Source: the human T2T-CHM13v2.0 reference genome, Homo sapiens. Taken from it: a stretch of 64,000 nucleotides of DNA. The stretch lies in assembly GCF_009914755.1 (NCBI RefSeq), contig NC_060926.1, one strand, 5' to 3'. The position numbers and the translations under genes were made by a program. Below, piece after piece: positions 63,215-64,000 of this stretch. The notes under the pieces were generated by a model that saw only the letters and a program-made list of their open reading frames with translations, searched no databases and had not been told where the DNA came from. Within the stretch, counting starts at the first letter, position 1, and each line of letters begins with the position of its first letter.

Positions 63215-64000
63215 CTAGCCAAAAAAAGGGGGGGTGGGAGGAGATAAAAAAGAGAAAAGAGAATTATCCAATTGCATCAAAATGGTATTATAAGCCTTAT
63301 TTTCCATCTGTCAATATTTACCTTTAAAAATATTCTACTAGATTAATAAGAATTATTTTCAAGTTTTCAAATTACTGTAAAAGTTTATTTCTTGAAAAGA
63401 ATTATACTTTTTAAATTAAGCAAATGGGATATCACTATTTACATAAAAAAGAATGCTCGTGTCCAGTTAGACCATGAAAAATAACATTCTTTAGCCACTG
63501 AATATTGCTCTAAATGCAGCCAGATACAGATTGTGAGCCTACTGTGCACTGAATTAAACAGTAACATCCCTGTTTGTTTAAATTAAGTTGCATTAATTGC
63601 CTTACATCCTGAAGCTATGGTACCCGAGGTGAAGTCTCATGCCCTACCGATTACTTACCTAAACTTTGATTCTTCATTCTCCCACATCCCTGTTTTGACT
63701 GTTTTATATAGGATAGAGGCTGAAACAGATCTTCAGTAGTTTTTCCTGTTACAAGTTTAATTAAGAATGGGAAAATCTTACCCAAAGTCTGTTATGGTTT
63801 GTTCCTATACCAGCAAAGAATACAACTATTTTTAAGCAATTTTTACTAATGCCTAGAAATGTATTTCAAGATGGTATGATTGGAGTACAGGATTTGACTG
63901 GAAATATCTCTACTAGACCACATTGAAAAGACTCAAACTTTTCCAATGAGTACTAGTTCAATTAAAAAAAAAAAATTTATGGTGGTTTATAACTCAATGC

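Overview
Human (primate) genomic DNA containing the 3' half of the striatin gene STRN on the minus strand. Ten coding exons (exons 9-18 by the usual 18-exon numbering, 63214 to 28617) splice at canonical GT-AG sites in consistent phase. They encode RPNRSKLQDML...ADALAKVFV*, the linker plus the C-terminal WD40 domain. A very long, largely repeat-free 3' UTR follows, with several candidate polyadenylation signals (about 27.5, 22.8-23.0, 20.1 and 16.9 kb). Positions 1 to about 17 kb are intergenic and dominated by Alu, L1, LTR and MIR repeats. The most distinctive structure is in intron 12: an old U6 snRNA-L1 chimeric retro-insertion. A full-length U6 copy ending in T5 is fused directly to about 4 kb of L1, and an Alu later inserted at the junction and duplicated it. 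Other points of interest are a composite rG4/(UG)n/RBFOX module in the 3' UTR, a NAGNAG acceptor, two stop-free intron read-through frames, a candidate poison exon, and an MLT2A LTR with a perfect DUX4 motif. No new multi-gene system was found. Repeat boundaries and subfamily calls were made by eye and are approximate.
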